The notes below the pieces were generated by a model. That model was not told where the DNA came from. It saw only the letters and a program-made list of their open reading frames with translations, and made no database searches. Below, in pieces: positions 26,032 to 39,839 of a stretch of DNA of 64,000 nt (the first letter of the stretch is position 1; every line of letters begins with the position of its first letter). The stretch lies in assembly GCF_003918875.1 (NCBI RefSeq), contig NW_025767024.1, forward strand, positions 558,001 through 622,000. The letters are read 5' to 3'. Position numbers and translations under genes: made by a program. This DNA comes from Haliotis rubra (Eukaryota).

Positions 26032-29000
26032 TTAGTCCATTTTAACAGGGTACAAAGTGGAAGGATGGCCGTCCCAGCATTGGGTCAGTCCGTCACACTG
26101 TAGGATGCTGTAGTCGTCTTTGTAGGCTATCACCACCTGGTGGGTGTGACCGAGCGCTTCACCTGTGAACATCGTCTTGTGTTCACCTTTTTTCAGACTG
26201 TCCTGAACGTCGTGGGACAAGAAGAGATCATGGACGTGTGGACCTGGTGGGTTCTTTGTTGCCACGCCGGTTCTCAGGTGTAGCGTGGTCTGGATAATAC
26301 AAAATTATCATTAAATGTTTTTGTTGACTACCCATGAAAAGTTTAGACTCACCTAAAGCACTCACTATATGCTATGTTTATATATAGTTACATTGAAGAT
26401 GAATTTCTCTACTAACTTTGGGGAACCGACTGCAAACTTTATGCGGATGAATTGCACGAGGATCATGCATCAAATTACGAAAAGCATGTGCAAATATCGT
26501 TCGTGTGAACAGCTGCGTTTTTGTGTATTTTTTTTTAAAGAATTTGCCAATTTTCAATGATTTTCATGATTAACTGAACTCATGACAATAATCTTTTCAA
26601 CGTAACGAGTTTGTTTTACAATACATTGGTTCATGCGTAAAGAGTACCTTTAAACTGATTGGAATATTTTGCAAATTCAAGTTTAGAACAGTTGACTGAA
26701 GTAAGTGGCTATATTTACACTAGTGAGTCTAAACTTTTGAGGGGTAGTATAGTAAAGATGTTCAGAAGATGCATCAATAAATATATTATTCATAATGAAT
26801 GAAATACTAGTATGTCTTTTAAATATTTAATTGAACCGCACCTGCATACTAAATTACCGTTGTAATTATATTTGGTAATACTCACATCAACGGGTTTGGC
26901 AACGGTACCAGTGTCCTTGAGGGCGGGGGTTATCAAACAGTCCTTTGTACTTCTCGATGTCCATCATCATGTCCTTGAGAGCGTCAAGTTCCTTCCAGAC
27001 GCCAGACCCCTCCCCATGGACGGGGACGACGTGGTACCGCATCCTGAGTCTCCCTATCCCCGGGATATTGGGAAGAACGATCCTAGTTCCCGATGCGGCC
27101 GTGTGATGGAGATTCCCTTGTTCGTCCAGTATCCCAACATTCGACTTGGTGGTGTCGGCAGGATCTGATGACACTTCTGTGCCTGTGAACATCTGAGATG
27201 GTGTGTGGTAGAAGTTAACGCCGCTTGTGCCATTGTATGCCGTTTCCTTCGTGAAGCCTCCCACCCTTAGTGGATCTTTTTGCTGTTTTCCCTTTGGCCA
27301 GAACTTCAGGTTGAATGGGTTCCAGCTGAACATGGGGGTACTCCAGATGATTTCTAAGGGAAGGGCGTAGGAGTAACGGCGAGTCCAAGACTGGCACGCC
27401 TAAACATGTAACAAGAACAGTTATTTCCTAGAATGTAAAGCTAACGTTTTATGCCGCATAAACAATACTCCGTCCATAATATGACTGACTGACTGAGTTT
27501 GGTTTTACGCCGCTTTTAGCAATATTCCAGCAACATCACGGCGGGGGACACCAGAAATGGGCTTCACACATTGTACCCATGTGGGGATTCGAACCCGGGT
27601 CTTCGGCATCCGTCCATATTATGACGGGCAAGGGTGGATACAGCTTTTTGAGAAGGGGTGGGTGGGGGTGGGAGTGCACACTATTGAGACAAGGAGGAGT
27701 GCAGACTTCATTTTCACCCGAGTTTCAATGGACTTTCAGGCCAAAAGGGGGGTGCGCACCCCTAAACCGCCAATGGACGGGGTACACCAAGAAGGGGATT
27801 CGAACATTGTACCTGCAACACCTGGGCTAACCAACCCCTAACTCCTAAAAACGTAGTCAACGTACGTAATTTATGGTAACGTAATTTGGGTTTCAATGAT
27901 TATGGTCAATGACCATCACGTAATAGACTTCTAACTTTCAGATGAAAGTCGATATATCGGATAAACAAAAAGAAAGATACGCCCTTGTTTGCGGTGGCTA
28001 AACCAACAAGAAAGTGTATTTGAGTGAGTGAGTGAGTTGGGTTTTACGCCGTGTTTAGCAATATTCCGGCAATATCACAGCAGGGGAGACCAGAAATGGG
28101 CTTCACACATTGTGCCCATGTTGGGGAATCTAACCGGCCCTTCGGCGTGACGAGCGAACGCTTTAATCACTGGGCTACCCCACCCCGGTGTATTTGACCT
28201 TACACTTATGGTTGTGTTTTCCATCTTAAGTCTTTTTGATAAAGTTTGCAATTTTCTGGTTGAATTTAATTTTCAAGGTTTCATGTTTTCTTTGGAGGGC
28301 TTTTAGAATCCTTGAACCTAGTCCGGTTTCCACCTTCTTATTTGGGCAGCCTAAAGGTTAAAGGCAATGTCACACATTTTCGACAATATTTTGGCCTATA
28401 CTTTATATATTGGGGGCATATACACTCACTTTAGCTTCCTATTGATGCAGTAAAAGACTTATTATCCCTCGAGACTTGCATGAAATCGATAACTGAAACT
28501 TCGAGGCGAACAGCTTCCAAACAGATAACAGTTGCCATAAATGGAATGTAAACGATTGCTCCGTACATCGAAAACTGACGCACGGGGTGTTGTCGGTGTT
28601 TGCTGAAATGGTTTCAGTCACAATTTGCGTTTTATGTTATAGGATATTCGTAAAGGGCGTGCCAAGGGACATAACTCTATGGGATTCGCTTGAAATAATG
28701 TTCGGCCGGTAGAGGGCGCAAGAGTCGATTTAATGCAATTTAATATTACAGTATAAATACGATTTTTTTTTAATAGATTATATGGTAGCTTCCCTGAGGG
28801 CTGATAGTATGATTGAGAGAAATGCATTATGTATTTTTAGAGAAATGTGGTGTGACATTGTGCCTTTAAAGAACAGTTTGATTCTCATATTTGGGACTTC
28901 TCTTGGTTGATGTATAGCTTACGCTGGCTTAAAACTGCACTCTCTTGTCCATTTAACTAATTGTGGCTTTTTTCAAACGACCTGAGCGGTAGTTAACTNN

Positions 29001-32000
29001 NNNNNNNNNNNNNNNNNNNNNNNNNNNNNNNNNNNNNNNNNNNNNNNNNNNNNNNNNNNNNNNNNNNNNNNNNNNNNNNNNNNNNNNNNNNNNNNNNNNN
29101 NNNNNNNNNNNNNNNNNNNNNNNNNNNNNNNNNNNNNNNNNNNNNNNNNNNNNNNNNNNNNATCACTGGATGGGACATATGTCATATGGGACTTCAGACA
29201 CTGTATCCATGTGGGGATTCCACCCCGACCCCTTCAGTGTACATTTTCTGAAGTGCCACACCTGCTTGTTATTGACTGGGTCCTGTCTACACTGTTTCAC
29301 GGTCATGGGGGCTATCATTGGTTGACTGGTCTGCGCCACCCACAGGTTCCTGTCCGAGAATCCACGGTGCGCCACCTCTTGTTTCGATCCAGGTTTCCCC
29401 ACCTTGTACCACCGGTGGTAATAAGCTGGAAAAATAACAAATACGTTTATGTCGACCTGTCGGGAAAAGCGAACTGCTTTTTAGCCCCGCCCACCTGCTG
29501 TACATTTCAGTCTAAATGCGCATAACGAATTACGCATAACGAACTAACGGGCGGTGGGATAGCCTAGTGGTTAAAGCGTTTGCTCCTCACGCCGAAGGCC
29601 CGGGTTCATTTCCCCAAATAGGTACTATGTGTGAAGTCCATTTCTTGCGTCCCTGTAATGGATATTGCTGGAATATTGCTAAATGCGACATAAACTAAAC
29701 TCACTCACTCACTCATAACGATCTAAACTTAGTGACGACCTTTGGCCACTGTTTCAACCGTAAATAACTGTAATATTGAACAAGTTTTATGGTTGTCACC
29801 GGCTTGACAACGGCACAAGAATCTGTATCGAAACGTAGCAACTCACTAAATAAAAGAAGTTGTTATCCATAAAGTTTGTTCAATATTGTACTTCCTAACT
29901 TCTAAAAGGCCACTCAAATAAGTTTATTGTAATGCCAAACAATTACATATTATGCACACGGAGTGCACAATTTGCTTTATCTCGAAGCGCCCTAAAACAA
30001 ACTTTGCGTACACATACTGAGCGCTCCAGTTACTCCTGTGTAACAAGCAAAACATATGACAAAATCGAGTGATCTAATAAACACTGCCTCAGCTCTTCAA
30101 CTGCATGTATCTATCTTGTTTACAGCGGGTGCCAGTCACAGACTGTTAGACAGCATCACCCCGTTTCACAAAGCATTCTTAGAACTACGACCGTCCTTAG
30201 TCTGTGTCCAAATCTGTGACTTTCGTGAACGGAGCACAGGTCAATTGCAGAAATGCAGCTGTACAAATTGATTGAAATATACATAGTGATAGTCATTAAT
30301 AAACATATTGTATGATTGAAACGGAAATTCAAAATGGACTCTGCTTTTAAAGAAAAGCTTGTTGCTTTATTATTAATTCTTCATTTCTACAGGAGTGTAA
30401 AGGGGTAGTCTTGTGGGTAAAGTGTTCACACAGAAGACCGTGGTTCAATTCCCACATGGAAATAATGTGTGACATCTATTTTGTTATGAAAGCAATATAA
30501 ACTCCTGAACGTACAGTGGATCATAGTTACTCACTATAAATTAGAATATGTTTAAAGAATACACTCGTTCACTGAAAAAATATGTTGGGTCCGAAAGAAA
30601 TTCTGTTAAGGGTCCGAAAGAGATTCTGTTCCCTTCCTTTCCGAGAATAATGTAAACTGTCTAAAACATAAAATTTGAATTGAGGCATGAGTTCTTGGCT
30701 GATGAACAGGTAGGATGGACTTACCCGTGTTAAGGGGTACGTTGCCTGGCTTTGAGGCATCGTACAGGGTCTCACCGAAGACGTCCTCCGTCAGATGGGC
30801 ATAGTAATTATCTTTGCCGGGAATTTCGCTCATCAATTCGTCCATGAGAGTGTAGGTATCATTCCTGATAGACAAACAAACAATATATGTAGAAAGATTG
30901 ATGATGTACAAACATTCCTAGAAGGTGGGCAGAACATATACTATTCACACTTTGCTAAGGATCAAATAATTGATTCAACAGAAAGCTATGATGTGGGGTC
31001 AAATTTGGTTTAAATCTCTAAGCTTATTGTAAGCATGGATCCTAGGTTTCAGTATGTCACTGCATCTTGTGGATCCCATACCTGCTATTGACAGGTGTTG
31101 TGTACTTGTCAATGACTCGTTCCATGACATGCAAAATGGTTGATTGATGCCATGAAAACCATGTTTATGGTTACTGATGTATCAAGTGCATAAGGTTAGA
31201 TTAAAGTGACTGTTTGCCTAAAGAGGGGTTACCATATCATTATTTATCCAGTTTTAAATGGATACAATTTCAAAATATAAATCTACGTTTAAGTAAAGTT
31301 GTGAATTTTTGTGATCCTTAGCAAAGTGTGAGTAGTATATCTTTAAAATGGAACCATAAATTCTGTTGGGCTCTATATTGTTGACAGTTTGTTAGGGACC
31401 CAAGCGTAGTTGTGTGATTTCTGGCAGAGTTATGTCCCTTACACGTGCTAAGATCCGATGATCGTGGGTTCGAGCACCATACGGATTGTCGCGAATATAA
31501 AAACATTAAACAAAATAGGGAGACCATTTGTAAACATTAAATAATGCCCTTCAAGATGGACCAGTCCAGTCAAACCAATGTTTACCTGTCGTCGTATATA
31601 GCAAATCTTGCTGATCGGTCCAGATAGAACTGCTCCATGCTCTGACCATGAGCAAATCTCACAGAGAGGTCATCTTGAAGATGGATGTTCTTCAAGGGAA
31701 GGTCGTTCTTCAGTGGATGGCACAGGATACGGTAGTTCCACTGGGCGAACTCGGGCTTGCCATCTTTCACATCCAAGATTTTGGTTGGGAGGAAGGCGAA
31801 GTTCTCCATGACGTTCTTTGTGCCGGAGTAGGACGTGAACCTGATCTTATCCTGAAGGTCATGCCAGCTGGTGGCGTCGATGGCGTGTCGTTCGCTGTGG
31901 AACGGCTCTCTGAAGTGATTAGTGTCAAGGGTCCAGGATCCTTCCATGTAACACAGGAGGGGTTTGAAGTACTTCCTGTAGTCTCGGACGCTGTGGTCTT

Positions 32001-34785
32001 GATCTTTCCAGGCTCGGTACCATTCTCTCATTTCCGCCACCTGTCACAGAAATAATGGTACTAACTAAAAGAGGAGTAAAATCGACAGAACCATTTCCAA
32101 CGTCAGCAACTGACACTTAATATACTGAGAGAAACAAATAAAGGAACACGGGGAAATTCAAGCGTTCCTTTAATATTTTCCAGTTTTCATCACCAGCTTT
32201 GAATAGCGCTGTGGGAGGAAATCTGAGAATAAATATGGAACACTGCATGTAGTGGTGTTACCTTACTTGTTTCCCTCAGTATACATGGGACCCTATTTCT
32301 CTGTTTTTTGCACTTCACTAGCCATCACTGTTATTGTACGAGCCATTGTCTCTGGCCTCTCACGCATTTTGTATGTCAATTGTCACAGCTAATAATTGAA
32401 ACAACGAGCAGGAACACACGTGAGTTGAAAATTATGGATTTTTGGTGTATGTGGTCTTTAACTTTTATAAAAACGAGAGAGAGAAAATGAAAACAATGGT
32501 TTTGTTTAGATTGTAAAACAGATAGAGGCAAACTTTCAAATCATTAAATGTGGCTTCAGTGTTTTAGGAAATAATACGGACAGAAGTTTATGAAATTAGC
32601 ATTATAGATTCAACTCTACGTTAAAGATGTTTATCGCACACAGTCAAATCGTGTGACANNNNNNNNNNNNNNNNNNNNNNNNNNNNNNNNNNNNNNNNNN
32701 NNNNNNNNNNNNNNNNNNNNNNNNNNNNNNNNNNNNNNNNNNNNNNNNNNNNNNNNNNNNNNNNNNNNNNNNNNNNNNNNNNNNNNAATCACCTGTTCAA
32801 CGAGTGTTTTCTTTGACGTCACTTCCTTAGGTACTTCTGGGAACGGAACGTCCTCAGAAAGCAGATACGTTGTACCATTCGTGGCGGGTCTACGTAGTTT
32901 GTAGTCGTTGTGCCTCGTTCTGAAGTCAATGCCGTTCATGACCATGTTTACTTCTCCCATTCCAACGGTGCTGTCGTAGTTAGAATGGTCGTGAGCAGCT
33001 GAAGCTCCCCTGAAAGAATACAATTTGTGCACACTTGCGAAAAGCTGGATTGCTTTGCGGGGTTACACGGAATGTGAAGTCTGTTTTATACTATTATCAA
33101 GTGTGAGTGAGTGAGTTTAGTTTTACGCCGCACTCAGCAATATTCCAAAGGCGGCGGTCTGTAAATAATCGAGTCTGGACCAGACAATCCAGTGATTGAC
33201 ATCATGAACATCGTTCTTCGTAATTGGGATATGATGACATATGTCAACCAAGTCAGCGAACCTGACCACCCAATCCCGTTAGTCGCCTCCTACGACAGGC
33301 ATGGGTTACTGAAGACCAATTCTAACCCGGATCTTCACGGGTACCATTATCTAGTAAATAAATAGATACGGAAGAGATACCAACAAAAGGACTGAATGCA
33401 ACACAAGCCCAGAAACCCAAGTCCCTCATTTGAAGTGGTCAGTTATATGTTAGTATCTTTGGAACAGAGTTGCTAAAGAAGTGTTTTGTTTGAGTGAGTG
33501 AGTGAGTGAGTGAGTGAGTGAGTGATTGAGTTTAGTTTTCGTAGGTGTAGGGACAACTCCTTAAGTCTGAGAGGAGGTGGGGTAGCCTAGTGGTTAAAGC
33601 GTTCGCCCGTCACGCCGAAGACCGGGGTTCGATTCCCCACATGGATACAATGCGTGAAGTCCATTTCTGGTGTCCCCTGCCGTGATATTGCTGGAATATT
33701 GCTAAAAGCGGCGTAAACCCAACTCACTCACTAACTCACCCTGACTAACTCACCTGTACGTGTGTGTCTCGGAATAATAGGGTCTTGTGCCGTCGTGGTA
33801 TTGTCTGATCTGTTTGATACCGGACTGTCCATCAGATCGGATTCTTTCCTCTACAAACGTCTGCTGCATCATCAGCTGACGCAGGATCTTGTCCATCTGT
33901 ACATAGAACTCATCAATCTGTTTCTGGTAGTCGGCCTGGGGGAAGGGTGTGGAATCACCCCACACAGTCAAGACCAACAGGGCGAAACTGGCGTAGCGGA
34001 TCTGAAAACATGGAACATGCAATGAACTTAGCCTCTATTTTCAGCCTCATTAAAATCAGCACTGAACTAACGTTAATCGCCCAATCTGAAAGAGTCGCCT
34101 TGGGTTCATGGCGCAATCAGCTTTTTGAAACGATTAAACTGAATTTTCACCCCCTCAATTTACATTTTTCGCTTTGTACAACTGAAAACCCAAATGGAAC
34201 ACAACTGTTCTTGGGCGTAGATTCGATAACGCTCAGAAACGACATGATTCGTGAAATATACACCACCAATAATTTCAACTTTCAGAGTATCATTTTGTTT
34301 CGTTTTCGAGATAAAGAAATCGGATTGACTTCATTAAATGTTCGCTGACTCGTACCGAGAATTAGCAGGCCGATCAAATAGTTCCGGAGATGCAAGGATG
34401 TATCGTTATTGAGTAAAAGATCTGAATTTGCATATATTCTTCTTCTCCAAGAACGGCCACTGAATTATTAATCAAATATGTGGTTTATTTAGTTAATTGT
34501 GTTCAAATAATGCACTCCCGGTCATTATATTGTCTTATGTTTTGGTACATATTGCTATTCTAGGCATTTTATCGTCTGCGTGGCCCTGGTTAATGATCCT
34601 TGATTTGGTACATATTGTCGTCGGGGGAAATACCTACAACCTGCACCACTTCGGTATTACGACGTCGGACCGAACTCAGTCACTCAAATTTGCCTATAAG
34701 GCAACCGAGTAGTTTCTGCTTTCACTGATGACTGGGGTTCGAATTCCACATATATGTAGAATGCTTTGTCGCCTGTACTTACCAT
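26032..34785 (-). CDS. Uncharacterised secreted protein, paralog 2 (~665 aa; apparent 1-bp frameshift in exon 7)
   Basis: Exons 34785-34783 (ATG), 34001-33754, 33009-32793, 32040-31586, 30864-30725, 29425-29262, 27399-26886, 26289-26032. GT-AG introns with the same phases as paralog 1, except exon 7 is 514 nt (frame break near the G-run 26925-26929); AATAAA at 26013-26008. Confidence 0.85.
26327..26748. mobile_element. Tc1/mariner-type non-autonomous element
   Basis: TIRs ACTACCCATGAAAAGTTTAGACTCAC / GTGAGTCTAAACTTTTGAGGGGTAGT. Confidence 0.7.
28362..28865. mobile_element. Non-autonomous DNA transposon (Kolobok-like)
   Basis: TTAA on both flanks; imperfect TIRs AGGCAATGTCACAC / TGTGACATTGTGCCT; second copy at 1-398. 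Confidence 0.75.
32121..32283. mobile_element. Short Tc1-type MITE remnant
   Basis: TATACTGAGAGAAACAA ... TTGTTTCCCTCAGTATA inverted ends. Confidence 0.55.
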
Positions 34786-35000
34786 TGTTGAGTCGCTGGG
34801 CCAACTACTCTGACCAAGCTCAGTGGTCTTATATAACGTTGTTCTATCTAAAGACGTCCATTAAGAGATAGCCACCAGTTGGTTCCACAATTCCACCCAG
34901 CCTGTAGACCTTATCGCCGTCACGAGCACCTGCACGGCTCACAACTTCTTTACCATCATTACGCTTCCAGTTATCAAAAGACTTATCATTTTTTGATAGT
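34786..35000 (-). promoter_or_regulatory. 5'UTR and core promoter of paralog 2 (TATA box, GATA-site cluster)
   Basis: Minus-strand TATATAA at 34835-34829; near-identical to 17743-17960. Confidence 0.75.
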
Positions 35001-35188
35001 GACAAGTTTGGGTTCTACTTCGGGACTTCTGATTCAAAACCTTGTCTTAAGAGATACGCAAACGGCGATATGTTGATAACAGATGATAAAACATTAACAT
35101 ACATGTTGACGAAATTAGAACCAAGGTCATGTGAGTTAAGACATTTGGAAATTCTTGAGATTCTTAAGTGTATGTTCTTTACGATAAT

Positions 35189-35439
35189 ACCCGTGAAAAT
35201 CCGGGTTAGAATTGATCTTCAGTAACCCATGCTTGTCGTAAGAGGCGACTAACGGGATCGGGTGGTCAGGCTCGCTGACTTGGTTGACACATGTCATCGC
35301 ATCCCAATTGCGCAGATCGATGCTCATGCAGTTGATCACTGGATAGTCTGATTCAGACTCGATTATTTACAGACCGCCGCCATATAAATTTAGCTGGAAT
35401 ATTGCTGAGTGCGGCGTAAAACTAAACTCACTCACTCAC
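35189..35439 (+). mobile_element. SINE-like family B, full-length
   Basis: Matches consensus; imperfect TSD CTTTACGA(T/C)AATAC on both sides. Confidence 0.85.
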
Positions 35440-36487
35440 ACTTTACGACAATACTCGAACTTGTAGGAAACCGTCGAGCTGTACCCAATGGACTTTAGCA
35501 ACATATAATAAAGTAACCTTTATTTTCAATTTGATTAAAATCACATAGAAATGGCAGGTAACTACCAGTGGTCCAGCAGATAGCGCGTCAGTCCGGACAG
35601 CGGTATTATGGTTGTTCGATTCCCGACAGCGTCATACAATTAGACGTTAAAGATGATAGCCTTCATTTTCAGTTTTATCAGAGTGACATAGGGATCCATG
35701 GTAGGTAACTACCAGTAGGCGCTCCGTGGTACAGCAGATAGGGTGTCAGCCCGGACAGGGATGACATGGTTGTTCGATCCCCACAGGGAAAGCTATTTGT
35801 TCCTACCTGTCGTTTGGCATTAAGTGACTAAAGGACTGATCGGCCCGGGGCAGTGTCATGACTCTGAGCTTAATTATCCTTTTTCTCGAGACAAGGGAGT
35901 TAACAGACGATATATACATTGTACTGTTAGTAAGTACACTCTCTTGTCTTTGGGAGATGCATGTACCAGCAAATTTAAACGCATTGTGTTTACATCATCG
36001 CTAGTCCTTCAGATACATGGTCGAAACTCACGAATGGAGATTCTTTAGATACTTTCGTTTAATCTTGGTAGACCTCGTATAGTGAAAACAAAAATCCAAA
36101 TTTACTATTGCGAGGCAGGAACTCCGACGTCAGCAATAACATCAACTCCAAAGCCTCCCCGATGACACCAGTTCAAATCCCAGTGATAACATCCGCCTCT
36201 AGTAAAGACCAAACGTAATTTAAATCATGTGACCTGGCACATGAACACACAATCTGAATCTGATAATGTGTCTACAGCCGCTCCCTTCACTTTTAAGTAG
36301 TGTATTCTGCATGGTGCGTCACTTGAGGCTCTTCTTCCACGTAAAGCTATCGGTAGGGTGGTTCAGCTTACATGCCAATAGTGGCAACAACGTCACGCAG
36401 TTTAATAACTTGACACACTAAAAAGTATAGTATTACTAACATTTACCTCCTTGTCTAACTCGGGACTGCGATTAATTGAGGGTTTCG

Positions 36488-36523
<36 letters not shown>

Positions 36524-36675
36524 TATGTGTGTAGTTAGTCGGTCTTAATTCCTTATAATTTAAAAAATAATTCGGCGTGTGTTTAATACTGCATCGAAAC
36601 GGGATCTTCGATATTTGCAAAAGAAATCCTCCAGAAAAACACAAACCGTTGATACCACACAGGTTGAAGTATAGA

Positions 36676-36841
36676 CTGACTGACTGAGTTTGGTTTTACG
36701 CCGCTTTTAGCAATATTCAAGCAACATCACGGCGTGGGACACCAGAAATGGGCTTCACACGTTGTACCCATGTGGGGATTCGAACCCGGGTCTTCGGCGT
36801 GACGAGCGAACGCTTTAACCACTAGACTACCCCACCGCCCC
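36676..36841 (-). mobile_element. tRNA-derived SINE family A with TSD
   Basis: TSD GTTGAAG(T/C)ATAGA. Confidence 0.88.
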
Positions 36842-39839
36842 GTTGAAGCATAGAAGCAACATGATTTATAAGATATTAATGTGCTATCCAATCATATACT
36901 GTTAAATATGAAAGAGGTCCTGGGAATTAAATGTTAATATCGACGTGTTTGAGCAGGGGAAGGTGTTTACCTGAAACATCGTCTGCAGGAACGTTCGGGG
37001 CGGCGGTGTAGCCAAGTGGCCATGGTTAAAGCGTTCACACGTCACGCTGAAACACCGGGTTCGATTCCGTAAATGGGTACAATGCGTGTCCCCCGCAGTG
37101 ATGCTGCTGTAATTCTTGGTATTAACACTGTGGAAAATTTTGTGTAAACCAATGTGTCTGTCACTGTTACTGATTCTGCCTACCACAGTTGGAATTTCAT
37201 TCATGCATCGATCACAATCTGTGATAAGCAGACTATGGAGCAGGACCCCCCCCCAAAACAACAAAAATGTCAACGATTGACTTCGTTTAGCGCGTCCACG
37301 GTCAAGGGAAAGAGACTGCGAATCAAGTCACGGGCCAAGACGTGCTCGACGGTCACGTGGTGTGCCACCCCAGACAGATATAACTGGTGTGTGTACACAG
37401 CGTCGAAATTGGGGTAGTGGTCACGTGATTTCAGAAGAGTACCTATTCTTGGTCGTGTCTGGCGACGTCGAAGTGAACTCAAACCAATGTCAATCTGAGA
37501 CCTCGTGACAGAGCTCGAGGTTGATGATTAACCGACACCCTCTCCATACTCACTAGAAGGGTCACTAGAGATCACTATTGGGACAATATATAGTCCATCA
37601 ACCTTACTTTTGTCCCCAAGCTCTTACCGAGGTCATTCGCCTGTTTGAATGTGACGAAAATTTACTGTACCCTTTGAGCTAAAAATAAACACCTTAAGAG
37701 ATCGTCATAAGAAATTAAAACCATCCTTTCATTGAAAGCGTATAATTTTTACGAAATGGATCGCGTTCCCGTCAAAGGCGAGATGGTTGTTCGGTGGGGA
37801 TGGCGGAGTAAAGACTGAATGTTTCTCAACACTTAAAGAATTGTGTTTACCATGCTTCCCTACAAACGATCAGACCAATCTCGACACTCCCACCCAATTT
37901 GGTAACACCGTAGGTGGCGACTGGTTCCAATGTATGTGTCCTGATCGAACGGTAACGCGCTGGAAGATCTATATGTACCCAATCAACGCAGTCATTCAGA
38001 CTCGATAAATCAATCACTTCTTGAAACGACAAAGGATGATGAACTGATAAACCTTGAAGCCAAGACCAACAGTACACCACACACTGGGATGAACTCTTGT
38101 TCTTGAAGACTTGATCTTTGTCCTAATCTGGGACACTTCAGACAGCATTGGTGACTAACGTCAATACAAAAGATTTCTTCAACCGAAAGCAAAGATCGCT
38201 AGGTCTTCGATTGCATCGACCCACAACTGTATATAGTCAATAACGGGTAGGTGAATATAACAAGATGAATTCATAGATTCATAAGAGATTGATTGATGGA
38301 CTTCTGACTGCTAGGCTGCGTTTGTTTTGTTTGTTGTGTAACGCCGCGCTCAGCAGTATTCCAGCTATATGACGGCTATATGATCAACAGCATGAGCATC
38401 GATCTACGCAATTGGGATACGATGACATGTGTCAACCAAGTTAGCGGGCCTGACCACCTGATCCCGTTAGTCGCCTCTTACGAAAGCATGGGTTGCTGAA
38501 GATCATTTCTAACCCGGATCCTGAAAGGTACATACCGATGTCTTGTCGAGAAATATACAAAATAAGAATGACAAAACCAAATGTATGAGAAATCTCTGCT
38601 GAAATGAGAATCTAATATATCATGAGCTACAATCAGACCAATCAAGTTTATTTCTTACTTAATGACCATTGGCCATGTACAGATGCATTATCGTTTTACT
38701 GAATTATCATTATCATTTAAAAGAATGAAACACGACAACATGTACATGATCATGTACATAGATGTATGATTGGTTAGCTGCACTCAGCAGTATTGCACCT
38801 ATGTCGCGGCGGTCTGTAAATATTCGAGTATGGCCTACACAATCCAGTGATCAACAGCATGAGCATCGATCTACGCAATTGGGATACGATGACATGTGTC
38901 AACCAAGTCAGCGAGCCTGACCACCCGATCCCGTTAGTCGCCTCTTACGACAAGCGTGGGTTACTGAAGATCAATTCTAACCTGGATCCTCACGGGTACA
39001 TAGAAGTATGATTATATACATTTCAGTGAGTGAGTGAGTTTAATTTTACGCCGCACTCAGCAATATTCCAGCTATATGGCGGCGGTCTGTAACCAGACAA
39101 TCCAGTGATCAACAACATGAGCATCGATCTGCGCAATTGGGAACCGATGACATGTGTCAACCAAGTCAGCGAGCCTGACCACCCGATCCCGTTAGTCGCC
39201 TCTTACGACAAGCGTGGGTTACTGAAGATCAATTCTAACCTGGATCCTCACGGGTACATAGAAGTATGATTATGATATATACTTCTATATCTTTAAAATA
39301 CGGTGAGTAGGTATATATGGCTGTTTCTAGACATAAAGTCTGTTTGATTCATTTTGCACAATTTAGCAACAGCTCGTGCAATCTCAGTAAGCACAATATT
39401 CTTTATCGCTTCTCTATCGATGTGTCTGTATCAGTCTCTCTGTGATGAGGGGATTTTCTGTTTGTTTCTATACCTGTGTGTGTGCGTATGTGTAATAGTA
39501 GTTGCAGGTTATAAATAAAGTATCCAACAGTTCACATTTTACTTTTTATTCACAAGTGGATAAGTGAATAGGTCAGCGAATTTTGGTCCACATCTATCTC
39601 GGCATGTCAGCTCTATGTAGTAGAAGATCCAAAATGATGCAGTGATGGCTACACACGGCTACTGTTCCTGACAAGCCAAGAATCACAGTCAAAACAATTC
39701 TGCATTTTCGGTCATCGGATCCTGGTATGACTAAGGGCAGTAAGAGAACTAACTGTGAGGATAAAGACACCTGGCCCAATCCCGCATGGGAGCTCCATGA
39801 GAAGATAGCAACTTCCGTGTGTGCTGTTATTTTGAAGCC

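Noticed and set aside
37150-38250. Coding-like composition with short ORFs
   Set aside because: No recognisable motif, frequent stops and no consistent splice structure; possibly an old pseudogene but unsupported.
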